In this document: positions 37,025 to 45,738 of the stretch, one piece after another | How the letters are laid out: every line of letters starts with the position of its first letter | How positions within the stretch are numbered: position 1 is the stretch's first letter | From: a virus | Strand: one strand, 5' to 3' | DNA: 64,000 nt | IMG/VR virus record: IMGVR_UViG_3300044908_000045 | Span: 32,001 to 96,000 of that record | Translations under genes and position numbers: made by a program | The notes under the pieces: generated by a model | What the model was told of the DNA's origin: nothing | Databases searched by the model: none | What the model saw: the letters and a program-made list of their open reading frames with translations, nothing else

Positions 37025-37225
37025 GCCAACCATGGGTGCTAGTTGGGGGTTGTAACGCAGCGTTGTCAAGCCAAAATATACGGCTTGCGCCAAATGCCAA
37101 ATTACCGTATTATGGATGCGCGCCCCTTTCCGGGGAATTGATCAGCACCTTTGCGCATCCCGCGCCCAACGCTCGGTCTCTTGTTAGGCAGAGCACACCC
37201 ATCGGAGAACGACGAGGAGAACGAG

Positions 37226-38191
37226 ATGCTGACCGCGAAATCCGGACCAGCCACGACTGTCCCCAATGTTGGTGCTCGGCCAGAACTGAAAAAAGCCGAC
37301 GATCGCGCGGCCAAGCCGCTCAGCCACATAATCGTTGAAGGGGTAATCACGATCACCCCCGAGCTTGCCTGGCGGATCATTCAGGAGGCGCCCTACGCCA
37401 AGCAGCGACCGATTCGCAAGGCGCATGTTGACGCGCTGGCGATGCAAATGCGGCGGCATGAGTGGACGGGGGGCACTCAGATCCATTTTGGCCGAGTCAA
37501 GGGTGACGATCCGCTACTGGCGTTGGTTAACGGCAATCATCGGATGCATGCCGTAATCAAGGCTGACACCGCAATCTCGTTCCAGGCCCTGGTCAGCGAG
37601 GTTGAAAATGCAGGCGGCCTTGATCGGCTGTACCGTCGCCACGATCGGCTGGTGGCCCCACGTTCGGTGCAAGATGCGCTGAGGGCGGAAGGCATTGAAG
37701 TCCAGCATGATCTCCAAAAAGGATTTGCGGCAGCGTGCTTCCGCGCCCTTCCGATGATCGAGTCGGGGTTCCAGCACGTCCGAACCCACGCCGATCCGTA
37801 CTTGCTACGCTCGGATGAGGCTCGGCTGCGGCTCGCCGAGCCGTGGTGGCCGGTCGCAAGAGTCATCCAAGACGCGGCCCTTGGAGGTCCCAACACTAGG
37901 TTCGTCAAGGCAGCTGGGGTGATGGCGGCTGCTTTGGTGACGATGCGCTACCAAGAGATGAAGGCGTTCCCGTTCTGGCAAGGGATCGCAACTGGCGATA
38001 GGTTGGCGCAAGATGATCCGCGGGCGGCCTTGATCCGCGCCTTTCAGCATCCGCGGCTGCGTAGTGAAGTGAACAGCGCCAAAAGCACGTCAGCCGCGTG
38101 GAATGCGTTTTTCCGTGGCGAGCCGCTGTCAATCGTGCGAGCGACAGCCGGACCGATACGGTTTCTTGGAACTCCATTCGAGAAGGGCTAA
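37226..38191 (+). CDS. ParB/Srx-like N-terminal domain protein
   Basis: ITPELA...QRPI...V...A..M...W...LVNGNHRMHAV. Confidence 0.6.
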   Translation: MLTAKSGPATTVPNVGARPELKKADDRAAKPLSHIIVEGVITITPELAWRIIQEAPYAKQRPIRKAHVDALAMQMRRHEWTGGTQIHFGRVKGDDPLLALVNGNHRMHAVIKADTAISFQALVSEVENAGGLDRLYRRHDRLVAPRSVQDALRAEGIEVQHDLQKGFAAACFRALPMIESGFQHVRTHADPYLLRSDEARLRLAEPWWPVARVIQDAALGGPNTRFVKAAGVMAAALVTMRYQEMKAFPFWQGIATGDRLAQDDPRAALIRAFQHPRLRSEVNSAKSTSAAWNAFFRGEPLSIVRATAGPIRFLGTPFEKG

Positions 38192-38198
38192 TCGTCCG

Positions 38199-39071
38199 AT
38201 GCGGCTCGCGATTGCCGCGATCTCGGTTGGCTCGCGCCTGCGCCAGTTGCGCGAGCCAATCGTTCGCGAGTTGATGGATAGCATTTCGATGCTGGGCCTG
38301 CGCGAGCCGATCTCGGTATCAACCGGGCTCGGCCAACGCGAGGGCGGCGGCCCCGAGGTTGTGACTTTTGCTCTTGTCGTTGGGCGGCATCGGCTAGAAG
38401 CGTGCCGCCGTCTAGGGAGAACCGAAATCGAAGCAAATATTCTCCAACTGGACGAAGCAGAATGCAAGCTGTGGGAGATTGACGAGAATCTGTGCCGCGC
38501 CGAGCTATCGCAATTGGAGCGCGCCGAGCATCTGCTCAAGCGCAAGGAAATCTTTGAGAAGCGCTACCCATCCGCCAAAGCTGGGGTTATGCGAGCGCTA
38601 GGCATGAACCGCGCGCTCGGTCGCAACGTTGACGACAGCGTTGACGCCAACGTCTCCTCCTTTACCGAGGACACCGAGACCAAGACGGGAATTGCGCGGC
38701 GCAATGTCCAGCGTGCGCTGCGCCGCGCCGATGGGATTAGCCAGGGGGTGCGCGACCGCATTCGCGACCGAGATGGCATTGCCGACAACGGCGTGGAACT
38801 CGATACCTTGGCTAGTCTGCGCCCATCCGATCAGGAAATGGTTGTCGGGCTAGTCGAGAAGGGTGAGGCGTTTAGTGTGCGCGAAGCGGCGCGTCTGTTG
38901 GCTCTGCCCGCCAAAAACGTTACTAAGGCAGAGGCGCGGGAAGAACAGGAGTTCGAGCGGCTGATGCTGGCGTGGAAGCGCGCTGGGACAGCGGCGAGAC
39001 GGCGGTTCCTGACGGAAACCGCAAATTGGAGGGAGTTATCGAATGGCGCCACTGAATCCGGAACCGAATGA
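38199..39071 (+). CDS. ParB/Spo0J-like protein
   Basis: LMDSI..LGLREPI.V...LVVGRHRLEA...EIDENL.R.EL. Confidence 0.8.
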   Translation: MRLAIAAISVGSRLRQLREPIVRELMDSISMLGLREPISVSTGLGQREGGGPEVVTFALVVGRHRLEACRRLGRTEIEANILQLDEAECKLWEIDENLCRAELSQLERAEHLLKRKEIFEKRYPSAKAGVMRALGMNRALGRNVDDSVDANVSSFTEDTETKTGIARRNVQRALRRADGISQGVRDRIRDRDGIADNGVELDTLASLRPSDQEMVVGLVEKGEAFSVREAARLLALPAKNVTKAEAREEQEFERLMLAWKRAGTAARRRFLTETANWRELSNGATESGTE

Positions 39072-39381
39072 CGACGGCGAGGAGCCCGATCGCGACTTCG
39101 CCAAGATGTTCGATCTTGATCGCAGTACGCTGATCAAGACCTTGGTGGACGCGATGGAGCAGACGTATCGCGATACCGATGCCGCACGGGACAGTCTAAA
39201 GGAGATCGTCTCGCAGTGTCGCGCCGCCGAGTTCCCGCCGCGCGACATCATCGCGATGAAGCGAATCGCCAGATTGCGCAAGGACGACAAAGGCGGCGAG
39301 GCGCGCGAGCAATTGGCGGCATTGGAACGAATCGGGCACGCGGTCGGCTACGATTTGTTCGATTGGGCCGCCCAGGCGTGA
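39043..39381 (+). CDS. GapR (DUF2312)-like nucleoid-associated protein
   Basis: LKEIV...AEF...MKRIARLRK.D...EQ.A.L...A.G resembles GapR. Confidence 0.55.
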   Translation: MAPLNPEPNDDGEEPDRDFAKMFDLDRSTLIKTLVDAMEQTYRDTDAARDSLKEIVSQCRAAEFPPRDIIAMKRIARLRKDDKGGEAREQLAALERIGHAVGYDLFDWAAQA

Positions 39382-39387
39382 TCTGCC

Positions 39388-39606
39388 GTGACGATCCGAC
39401 CACCGCTTCCGGGCACCCCGGAGGCTAAGACCTTGGGTTGCCCCTGTACGCTTGGGCAGCCCAGCGGCACCAACGAAGAGCGCGACTGGGAGCACGATTT
39501 CTGGGGTCTCCCGCCAGTGACGGTGTGGATTGTTCACCCTGAGTGCCCGCTGCACGTCAAGCCGCAGGCGTGGTGCGAGCCGTCAGTCGAGAGCGCCGGG
39601 AATTGA
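39388..39606 (+). CDS. small Cys/His protein
   Basis: PG.PEA..LGC.C...CPLH. Confidence 0.55.
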   Translation: MTIRPPLPGTPEAKTLGCPCTLGQPSGTNEERDWEHDFWGLPPVTVWIVHPECPLHVKPQAWCEPSVESAGN

Positions 39607-40025
39607 CGTTGTTGCCAATTGTGGTGTCCTTGGATGGGCCTCCCCGCGGGAAAGGGCGTGGACGTGCCGTCAGCACCACAATGGGTGCTCGCGTCTATAC
39701 CGACGCCAAGACGCGTTCCTACGAGGCTCAACTGCGCTATGCCGCGCAACAGGTGATGGCGGGGGCGGCTCCAATAGAAGGCCCGCTGCGCGTTGACATC
39801 ACGGCGAACGTGTCAATCCCGCGTTCAATGCCGCGCAAAAAACAACTTCTCGCAATACTCGGTGAACTGCGTCCGCAAACTAAACCAGACTGGGATAACT
39901 ACGCCAAAGTATGCGATTCTATGAACGGAGTCGTTTGGGGTGACGACAAGCAGATTGTCGATGGCCAGGTGCGCAAATTCTATTCAGAGCGTCCGGGTTT
40001 GCACATTCGGGTGTCACGACCGTGA
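39603..40025 (+). CDS. rusA: RusA-family Holliday junction resolvase
   Basis: GPPRGKGR, YTD.KT..YE, KPDWDN.AK..D.MNG.VW.DDKQIV. Confidence 0.88.
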   Translation: MTLLPIVVSLDGPPRGKGRGRAVSTTMGARVYTDAKTRSYEAQLRYAAQQVMAGAAPIEGPLRVDITANVSIPRSMPRKKQLLAILGELRPQTKPDWDNYAKVCDSMNGVVWGDDKQIVDGQVRKFYSERPGLHIRVSRP

Positions 40026-40062
40026 ATTGGCTTATCCCGATGCGGGACTGTGAGGGGACGTA

Positions 40063-40254
40063 ATGGCTTGTTCTTGGGATTTAGAATATGACGAGCCCGA
40101 TCCAGAGACGCGGCAGGTAACTTGCCGCTGCCGGGCGTGCGGGAAATTTGCCGATCTCGACTGCGAACGGGACTTCGCGTCTGGCGACATCATTGTGCAG
40201 GTCATGACATGTTCTGCGAAAGGCGGCACGCAAGCCGTGCGGGAAGCGGCGTGA
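40063..40254 (+). CDS. small Cys-rich protein
   Basis: GAGGGG RBS; CRACG. Confidence 0.45.
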   Translation: MACSWDLEYDEPDPETRQVTCRCRACGKFADLDCERDFASGDIIVQVMTCSAKGGTQAVREAA

Positions 40255-40594
40255 CTGAGGCTCAGGGGAGCACGCGATGTGGACCGTCGTCATTGACATC
40301 CTCGCCGTCGTCGGGGCGCTAGCGATCGGCAGGTTCGTCGCCTGTCTGGTCCTTGAGTTTCTCGACTGGCCAGCGCGGCAGAACAAGAAACACTGGGATC
40401 ACCTTGGCGATGGCTGACCAACTCAACCTCTTTGCGCCAGCGCCGCACGCTCCGCTTTACGCGAACTGGCAACCAGATCCGATGTCTGCGCCTGCCCACG
40501 AGGCCAACTGGACCCTGATGACAGAAGGCGTCCTACGGCCCGGCCAGGACGTATGGGCGGCGCTGTTCCGCGAGATCGCCGATCGGCGGCAGCA

Positions 40595-40792
40595 ATGACC
40601 GAGCATCTTGAATGGCGCGTTGTGATCCGCTACGGCGACAGCGTTCCCGACGATCGCTCGGTCCCGATCCTGACGCCAAAGTGGATGCGCGGGACCGTGT
40701 TTGATGCGCGCTTTGACACAGAGACCGAGGCGCGGGAGTTTGCCAAGCAATACGGTGGGGTGGCTTATTTGAAAGATTGGTCTCTGGCGTGA
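40595..40792 (+). CDS. hypothetical protein
   Basis: coupled to MTase start. Confidence 0.5.
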   Translation: MTEHLEWRVVIRYGDSVPDDRSVPILTPKWMRGTVFDARFDTETEAREFAKQYGGVAYLKDWSLA

Positions 40793-42723
40793 CAGTAAAA
40801 ATCATCAATACCCATGTAATGGAGGGACTCCGCAGCCTGGCGGATGAGAGCACCCACTGCGTTGTATGTTCTCCACCATATTACGGGCTCCGCGATTACG
40901 GCATTGAGCCGCAGGTGTGGGAGGGCAATCCAAATTGCGAGCACGAATGGGGAGATGAGACGCGCCGCAAACAATCGCCGCAGCGGGATCACGCGCCTGA
41001 CGGCTCATTCGGCGACACGAGGGGCACAGAACCATCTCGCGCCGGCATGACCTATGAGTCGAGCCAAGGCGCGTTCTGCCGCCTCTGCGGTGGTTGGCGA
41101 GGCTCATTGGGATTGGAGCCCAGCCTCAGTTTGTACCTGGACCACATGGTCGAGGTGTGCCGCGAGATCCGTCGCGTGCTGCGGAGCGATGGCACATTTT
41201 GGATGAATCTGGGTGACTCGTACTCTGCTCATGCTGGGCAGCGAAAAGAAACAGACAAGGCGGGTATCAAACAACAATCGAATGTGGCGTCTACAAGCGC
41301 ACCCAGCCGCTGTGAGCCTACGCTAAAGCCGAAAGACCTGATGATGGTGCCGGCGCGGCTGGCTATTCGTCTACAAGAAGATGGGTGGGTTTTGCGATCC
41401 AATATCCGCTGGTGCAAAAAAGCGCCGATGCCTGAAAGCTGCGAGGATCGCCCGACGAGCGCTGTCGAGGACGTATTCTTATTCTCAAGGGCAGAATGGC
41501 GCGGGACTGAGAAGCCGCTCCCGCTACGCCGCGAGGATGCTGCGTGGCTCGCAGCGCTCATTGATGGCGAGGGCACAATCTGCTTTCAGGAACGCGCCGA
41601 TGCGACGGGCTGCGCGCCGTCTGTGAGCATCCGGCTTTCGGTCGTCAATACGCACCGCGGACTGCTGGAGCGCGTGCGCGAGATCGTGGGATACGGCGGT
41701 TCCGATACACCTTCGCCACGCTGGCGCAACGATGGCAGTTCGGGGCGACCAGTCTTTACTTGGCAGGTAGGAAACGCCAAGGCAGCGCGCGTGATTGCCG
41801 CTATCAGGCCGTATCTGATCGCCAAGGGTACGCAGGCTGATCTGGCGCTCAAATGCCACGAATTAAATCAAAAGCACCGGGGCCGCCGCGTACCGACAAC
41901 GAGCGCAGCCGAGCTTGCATTCAAGCGGCGACTGTCTGCGGCGTGTTCAGCACTCAATCACGGCGAAGATGTTGATCTGTCGTGGTTCAAGCCAGCGAGG
42001 CTCGGCCGATGGGTTCCGCTTCCTTACAGCTACGACGCCGAGGCGGTCAAGGAGGACGGAGGTGAATTAGGCAATAGAAATGCGTTTCGTGGTTTTGGCG
42101 ATTACACGACTCAAGGGGGCGGCGCGTTCGATAATAGCAAGCCCCGCAATGGAAATCAGATTGCAGGAAACGATGGCGTCCGATCGAAGCGCAACATGCG
42201 AAATTACATGTTGCTCGGGCCGTCGCCCTTCCCAGGTGCGCACTTCGCAACTTTTCATCCGGAGATTCCAACAATTGCGATTTTGTCTGGCACGTCAGAA
42301 AAAGGAGTTTGCCCGAAATGCGGCGCGCCATGGACACGGGTGATAACCAAGGAAGAATCTGATTGGCAGGGGCGCCTAGCAAAAGGTGCGCCAATGCGCT
42401 CTGGACTGGCCTCGGCAGCGGCATCCCCGACTTATGGGAACTTCAAAGACCGTTCTGCTGAAACCATCGGCTGGCGTGCGACATGCCGTTGCGACGCTGG
42501 TGAGCCGGTGCCAGCCACGGTATTGGACCCGTTCGCTGGGGCGTTCACTACGTGTCTGGTCTCAGAGCGGCTGCAGCGCAATTCGATTGGCATCGAATTA
42601 AATCCGACGTACTGCGAGATGGGCCGCAAACGGCTTGCCGAGGATGCGTCATTGTTCTTTGCCGAGACTCCAGCGGAGCCCAGAGGCGAGGATGAACCGC
42701 CAAGGCAGGCGATGTTACTGTAA
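40789..42723 (+). CDS. N4-C/N6-A DNA methyltransferase (beta class) with in-frame LAGLIDADG insertion
   Basis: SPPYYGLRDY, W.NLGDSY, KPKDL, MPES..DRPT, HFATF, VLDPFAG, GIELNP.Y. Confidence 0.92.
   Translation: MTVKIINTHVMEGLRSLADESTHCVVCSPPYYGLRDYGIEPQVWEGNPNCEHEWGDETRRKQSPQRDHAPDGSFGDTRGTEPSRAGMTYESSQGAFCRLCGGWRGSLGLEPSLSLYLDHMVEVCREIRRVLRSDGTFWMNLGDSYSAHAGQRKETDKAGIKQQSNVASTSAPSRCEPTLKPKDLMMVPARLAIRLQEDGWVLRSNIRWCKKAPMPESCEDRPTSAVEDVFLFSRAEWRGTEKPLPLRREDAAWLAALIDGEGTICFQERADATGCAPSVSIRLSVVNTHRGLLERVREIVGYGGSDTPSPRWRNDGSSGRPVFTWQVGNAKAARVIAAIRPYLIAKGTQADLALKCHELNQKHRGRRVPTTSAAELAFKRRLSAACSALNHGEDVDLSWFKPARLGRWVPLPYSYDAEAVKEDGGELGNRNAFRGFGDYTTQGGGAFDNSKPRNGNQIAGNDGVRSKRNMRNYMLLGPSPFPGAHFATFHPEIPTIAILSGTSEKGVCPKCGAPWTRVITKEESDWQGRLAKGAPMRSGLASAAASPTYGNFKDRSAETIGWRATCRCDAGEPVPATVLDPFAGAFTTCLVSERLQRNSIGIELNPTYCEMGRKRLAEDASLFFAETPAEPRGEDEPPRQAMLL
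41494..42021 (+). mobile_element. LAGLIDADG homing-endonuclease domain inserted in frame in the MTase
   Basis: WLAALIDGEG at 41545-41574; interrupts the usually contiguous FL(F/L)S..Y.YDAEA.KE segment; boundaries approximate. Confidence 0.8.
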
Positions 42724-42752
42724 AATCAACTCAAGCCAGAAAGGGACTGACG

Positions 42753-42938
42753 ATGAGTAGAACACGCGAGGAACTGGAGACGCAGGCTGATCGCATCTGC
42801 AACGCGATCAACGACAAATACGTCGAGATCAACCAACTGCTGATCCAACTACAGGAATTGCATGAGGAGTTGTCGCCAGAGCCGATGGACGATGCCGATG
42901 GCGAGCGCGCGGTCAAGATTCTGGCGCTGCCAGCGTGA
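42753..42938 (+). CDS. hypothetical coiled-coil protein
   Basis: AAGGGA RBS; coupled. Confidence 0.5.
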   Translation: MSRTREELETQADRICNAINDKYVEINQLLIQLQELHEELSPEPMDDADGERAVKILALPA

Positions 42939-43186
42939 AACTGGTCACCAGCGTCGTGCTCTCGCCTACAGAACGGATGGCGCTGCGGGCGGCGCGGAGA
43001 GCGGGCGGGCTGACGGCAAAGGTCGTCGCGCATCAAGCAGGCTGCACGGTGTCGCTGCTTTACTCATGGGAGGCTGGCACTCGTCATCCGTCGGGGGATG
43101 CGTTTAGCCGCTGGTGTGTCGTCCTTTCCGACGCTCTCGACGAAGCCGAGAAAAAGCGGGTGACAACCCTTCATCAGGTGGCGTAG
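42935..43186 (+). CDS. XRE-family HTH protein
   Basis: LRAARR...LT...VA...G.....L..WE.G...P. Confidence 0.75.
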   Translation: MKLVTSVVLSPTERMALRAARRAGGLTAKVVAHQAGCTVSLLYSWEAGTRHPSGDAFSRWCVVLSDALDEAEKKRVTTLHQVA

Positions 43187-43406
43187 GGTTGGCTCTCCCA
43201 ACCTCATCTGATGGAGGGAACCGATGCCCGATACGCGCCCAGATGGCGATTCCCGCGCCAGCTTATCGCGCGCTATCAGCCAGATAGCCACGCTTTTGGA
43301 GAAGGGGGCAATCTCCCCTCCAATAGCGGGAGAATGGCTCAGGAAAATTTCCGAGCAGATAATGCTGATAGAGCTTGACGGAAGAAACCCCTGTTCGTAA
43401 AGCAGT

Positions 43407-44342
43407 ATGCGTTGGCGGCCTAGATCGGAAGTCATGACCCGGTCGAAGGCTCTGATGTCGCACCAGCCCGACGAGCGGATTCGGCCGCCAACGTCTTCCC
43501 GCTGGGCGGGAAGGCTGGAATTGAAACCTCGGCGCATAGATTGGTATCCAGTAGACTGGCTTGATGGCGTAGCAACGATGCCGCCAGATCAACGTGGCGT
43601 TTATGACACCATTATCAATTTGATATACGCCCACGCGGCGGAAGACGGCTCAATAGAGATCGGGGAAAGAGAGTTGGCGGTTCGCTGTTGCTGCCACTGG
43701 CGGGAGCTGCGGCGCATTCTTGCGGCACTTGTGAGGGGGGGTAAAGTGACGCAGGATGGTCGCAAGCTATGGGTCACGCGTTGCGCAGACGAGTTGCAGA
43801 AAGCCCGCAAGCGCACCGCACAAGCTCATCATAACGGGGCAAAAGGTGGGAGACCCAATGGGTTAAGTGAACCTGACGGTTTCGCCAACCAAAAGCTCGC
43901 GCGCGCGTCATCCATCAACCATCAACCATCAACCATCAAAGAATCCCCCCCGACGCCTGCGGCGTCTCTTCCCCCAACCGAGCCAGCGGAGAAGGCCAAC
44001 GGTCATGACCGACGAAAGCCACGACGACAAATTCCAAACGATTGGCAGCCTGACGAGCAAGATTGCGGATTCGCTGAAAAACAAGGTTTTGACCTCGGGC
44101 GCATTGTTGCCGAGCGGGACAAATTCGTTGACTGGCACCGCTCGAAAGCCAATGTCTTTGCCGACCACCACGCCGCTTGGCGAACGTGGGTTGGCCGTTG
44201 CGCCGAACAGTCTCCGACAAATGGTCGCAACCAGCCGCAACCCCGCCGAGGTGGATCGGAGCCTGCGAGCGTCGTTGCATCCGCTCGTCGAGTTATCGAG
44301 CGAGTGCGAATGGCTAACGGAAGACCCGCATCAGATGGGTGA
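43407..44342 (+). CDS. replication initiator, DUF1376/YdaU-like
   Basis: WYPVDWL.G...M....RGVY..I, NG.KGGRP, C-terminal IP.DWQP...F.DW...D..AAWR.W; start uncertain. Confidence 0.8.
   Translation: MRWRPRSEVMTRSKALMSHQPDERIRPPTSSRWAGRLELKPRRIDWYPVDWLDGVATMPPDQRGVYDTIINLIYAHAAEDGSIEIGERELAVRCCCHWRELRRILAALVRGGKVTQDGRKLWVTRCADELQKARKRTAQAHHNGAKGGRPNGLSEPDGFANQKLARASSINHQPSTIKESPPTPAASLPPTEPAEKANGHDRRKPRRQIPNDWQPDEQDCGFAEKQGFDLGRIVAERDKFVDWHRSKANVFADHHAAWRTWVGRCAEQSPTNGRNQPQPRRGGSEPASVVASARRVIERVRMANGRPASDG
43912..43939 (+). repeat. (CCATCAA)x4 tandem repeat, candidate origin iterons
   Basis: four exact 7-mers in the initiator linker. Confidence 0.75.
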
Positions 44343-44844
44343 AATCCGCCGTTTCAGCGTCTCTGGCGAGAAGGCTCCCGATGGCTTGCAATCTGCGTCA
44401 GAACTCATCAACGCGGTGCGCCACCCGTTGCCAATCGAGGACATCATTGCAGCGCTGACAAATGTGCGGGTACTAACAATATCGCGGGCTTCGACCAGCG
44501 AAGACCTTGATCTCACTTTGGCGGCTTTTGCGGATGCGCTTAGTGAATTTCCTGCGGACATCGTGCGAAAAGCCCTCCGCGACTGGCCCCAAAGCCACAA
44601 GTATTGGCCGACTCTCGCCGAGATCAGAGCGTCAATGGAGCCATTGTTGCGAGAGAGAGGCATGATTAGCGATGCCATCGAGCGAGCGCAGAACGGTAAT
44701 TTTGCTGATCGCGAAAACGGTGCTTGGCCGAGTTGGCTGGAAAAGATTTGGGGCAAGTTGCCAAATGGCCTGCAACAGCGCCTCGATGCGATCGAAGGTC
44801 AACAGAGATCCCCCGAAACCCCGGCAACTGAGGAATCCGTATGA
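44005..44844 (+). CDS. putative helicase loader/inhibitor-like replication protein
   Basis: AFADALSEFPADIV..AL..W......WPTLAEI; follows initiator; start uncertain (alternative ATG 44335). Confidence 0.6.
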   Translation: MTDESHDDKFQTIGSLTSKIADSLKNKVLTSGALLPSGTNSLTGTARKPMSLPTTTPLGERGLAVAPNSLRQMVATSRNPAEVDRSLRASLHPLVELSSECEWLTEDPHQMGEIRRFSVSGEKAPDGLQSASELINAVRHPLPIEDIIAALTNVRVLTISRASTSEDLDLTLAAFADALSEFPADIVRKALRDWPQSHKYWPTLAEIRASMEPLLRERGMISDAIERAQNGNFADRENGAWPSWLEKIWGKLPNGLQQRLDAIEGQQRSPETPATEESV

Positions 44845-45275
44845 ATCGTATCACTATTCTGACCGCCGCCGCCGCAGCTTTTGCCGCCGCCTTGGCCATT
44901 GGTCGGGTTGACGCCCAAGCACCCCCGCCGCCTCCATCGGCACCGCAGACCTCGGTGGACATGCAGATCCAAGTGTTGCAGCAGCGGATCGCGCAGGACA
45001 CCCAGACCCGCGACACGCTGCAAAAAAACCTCGATGCGATTCGCTCCGGGGCATTGTCGACCGCGAATGTCACCAAGCAGCTCGATGCGGTCGGGGCATT
45101 GCTGGCGAACGACCAAGCTGAGTTGCGTAGGCTACAGGCGCCGCCCCAAGCGCCCGCAAGCTATCTGAGTGACAACGGGCGTCCCCTGTCGGTGGATGCG
45201 CCCCCACATGGCCCACAGAGCTTCCCTGCGCCTCCTGTGCGGCGCGTCCCTGGCTCACCTTTGCCGCAGCGGTGA
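44841..45275 (+). CDS. exported coiled-coil protein
   Basis: signal peptide ending VDA/Q; GAGG RBS. Confidence 0.6.
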   Translation: MNRITILTAAAAAFAAALAIGRVDAQAPPPPPSAPQTSVDMQIQVLQQRIAQDTQTRDTLQKNLDAIRSGALSTANVTKQLDAVGALLANDQAELRRLQAPPQAPASYLSDNGRPLSVDAPPHGPQSFPAPPVRRVPGSPLPQR

Positions 45276-45738
45276 TTTGCGATGACCGGGTCAGAGAAGC
45301 GCGATATCGCGCGGGCCAAGTGATCTACCTCCCTGCCGCGCTGGTTGCGTTCACGCTGTTCTCGCGACCCTTCACGTTCCCGATCTACCAAGTGCTGCCG
45401 CCGCCACCCAACGGATGCGTATTTGGCAACCCGCCATTGCCATGCGAAATGTTCAACCTCGATGCTGGACCAGAACCATCTCTTCTGCAGGACAAACTGA
45501 TTGGCGGCGAGCATCTGGAGGTGAGATGACAAATCAGCGGGTGCGGTTCAATGAGGGATCGCCGCGCGCTGTGCCGCGTGGAGTGCCGTTCCCGTTCCGT
45601 GGGCATCGCCCGCTGTCGCATTTCTCGTTCAATAACTGCCAGCGCTGCGGGGTGAGAATGAGCAAGGCCGAAATGGCCATCGGGGTGCTGTGCGCGCTTT
45701 GCTCAGGCCCACAGCACCCTGAGCCCGCTGCGTAGGGC

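Noticed and set aside
41494-42021. Canonical intein in the methyltransferase
   Set aside because: No Cys/Ser-initiated block A or terminal His-Asn + nucleophile at the insertion borders; reported instead as an intein-less insert
43912-43939. CRISPR array
   Set aside because: Short tandem heptamers without spacers; no cas genes
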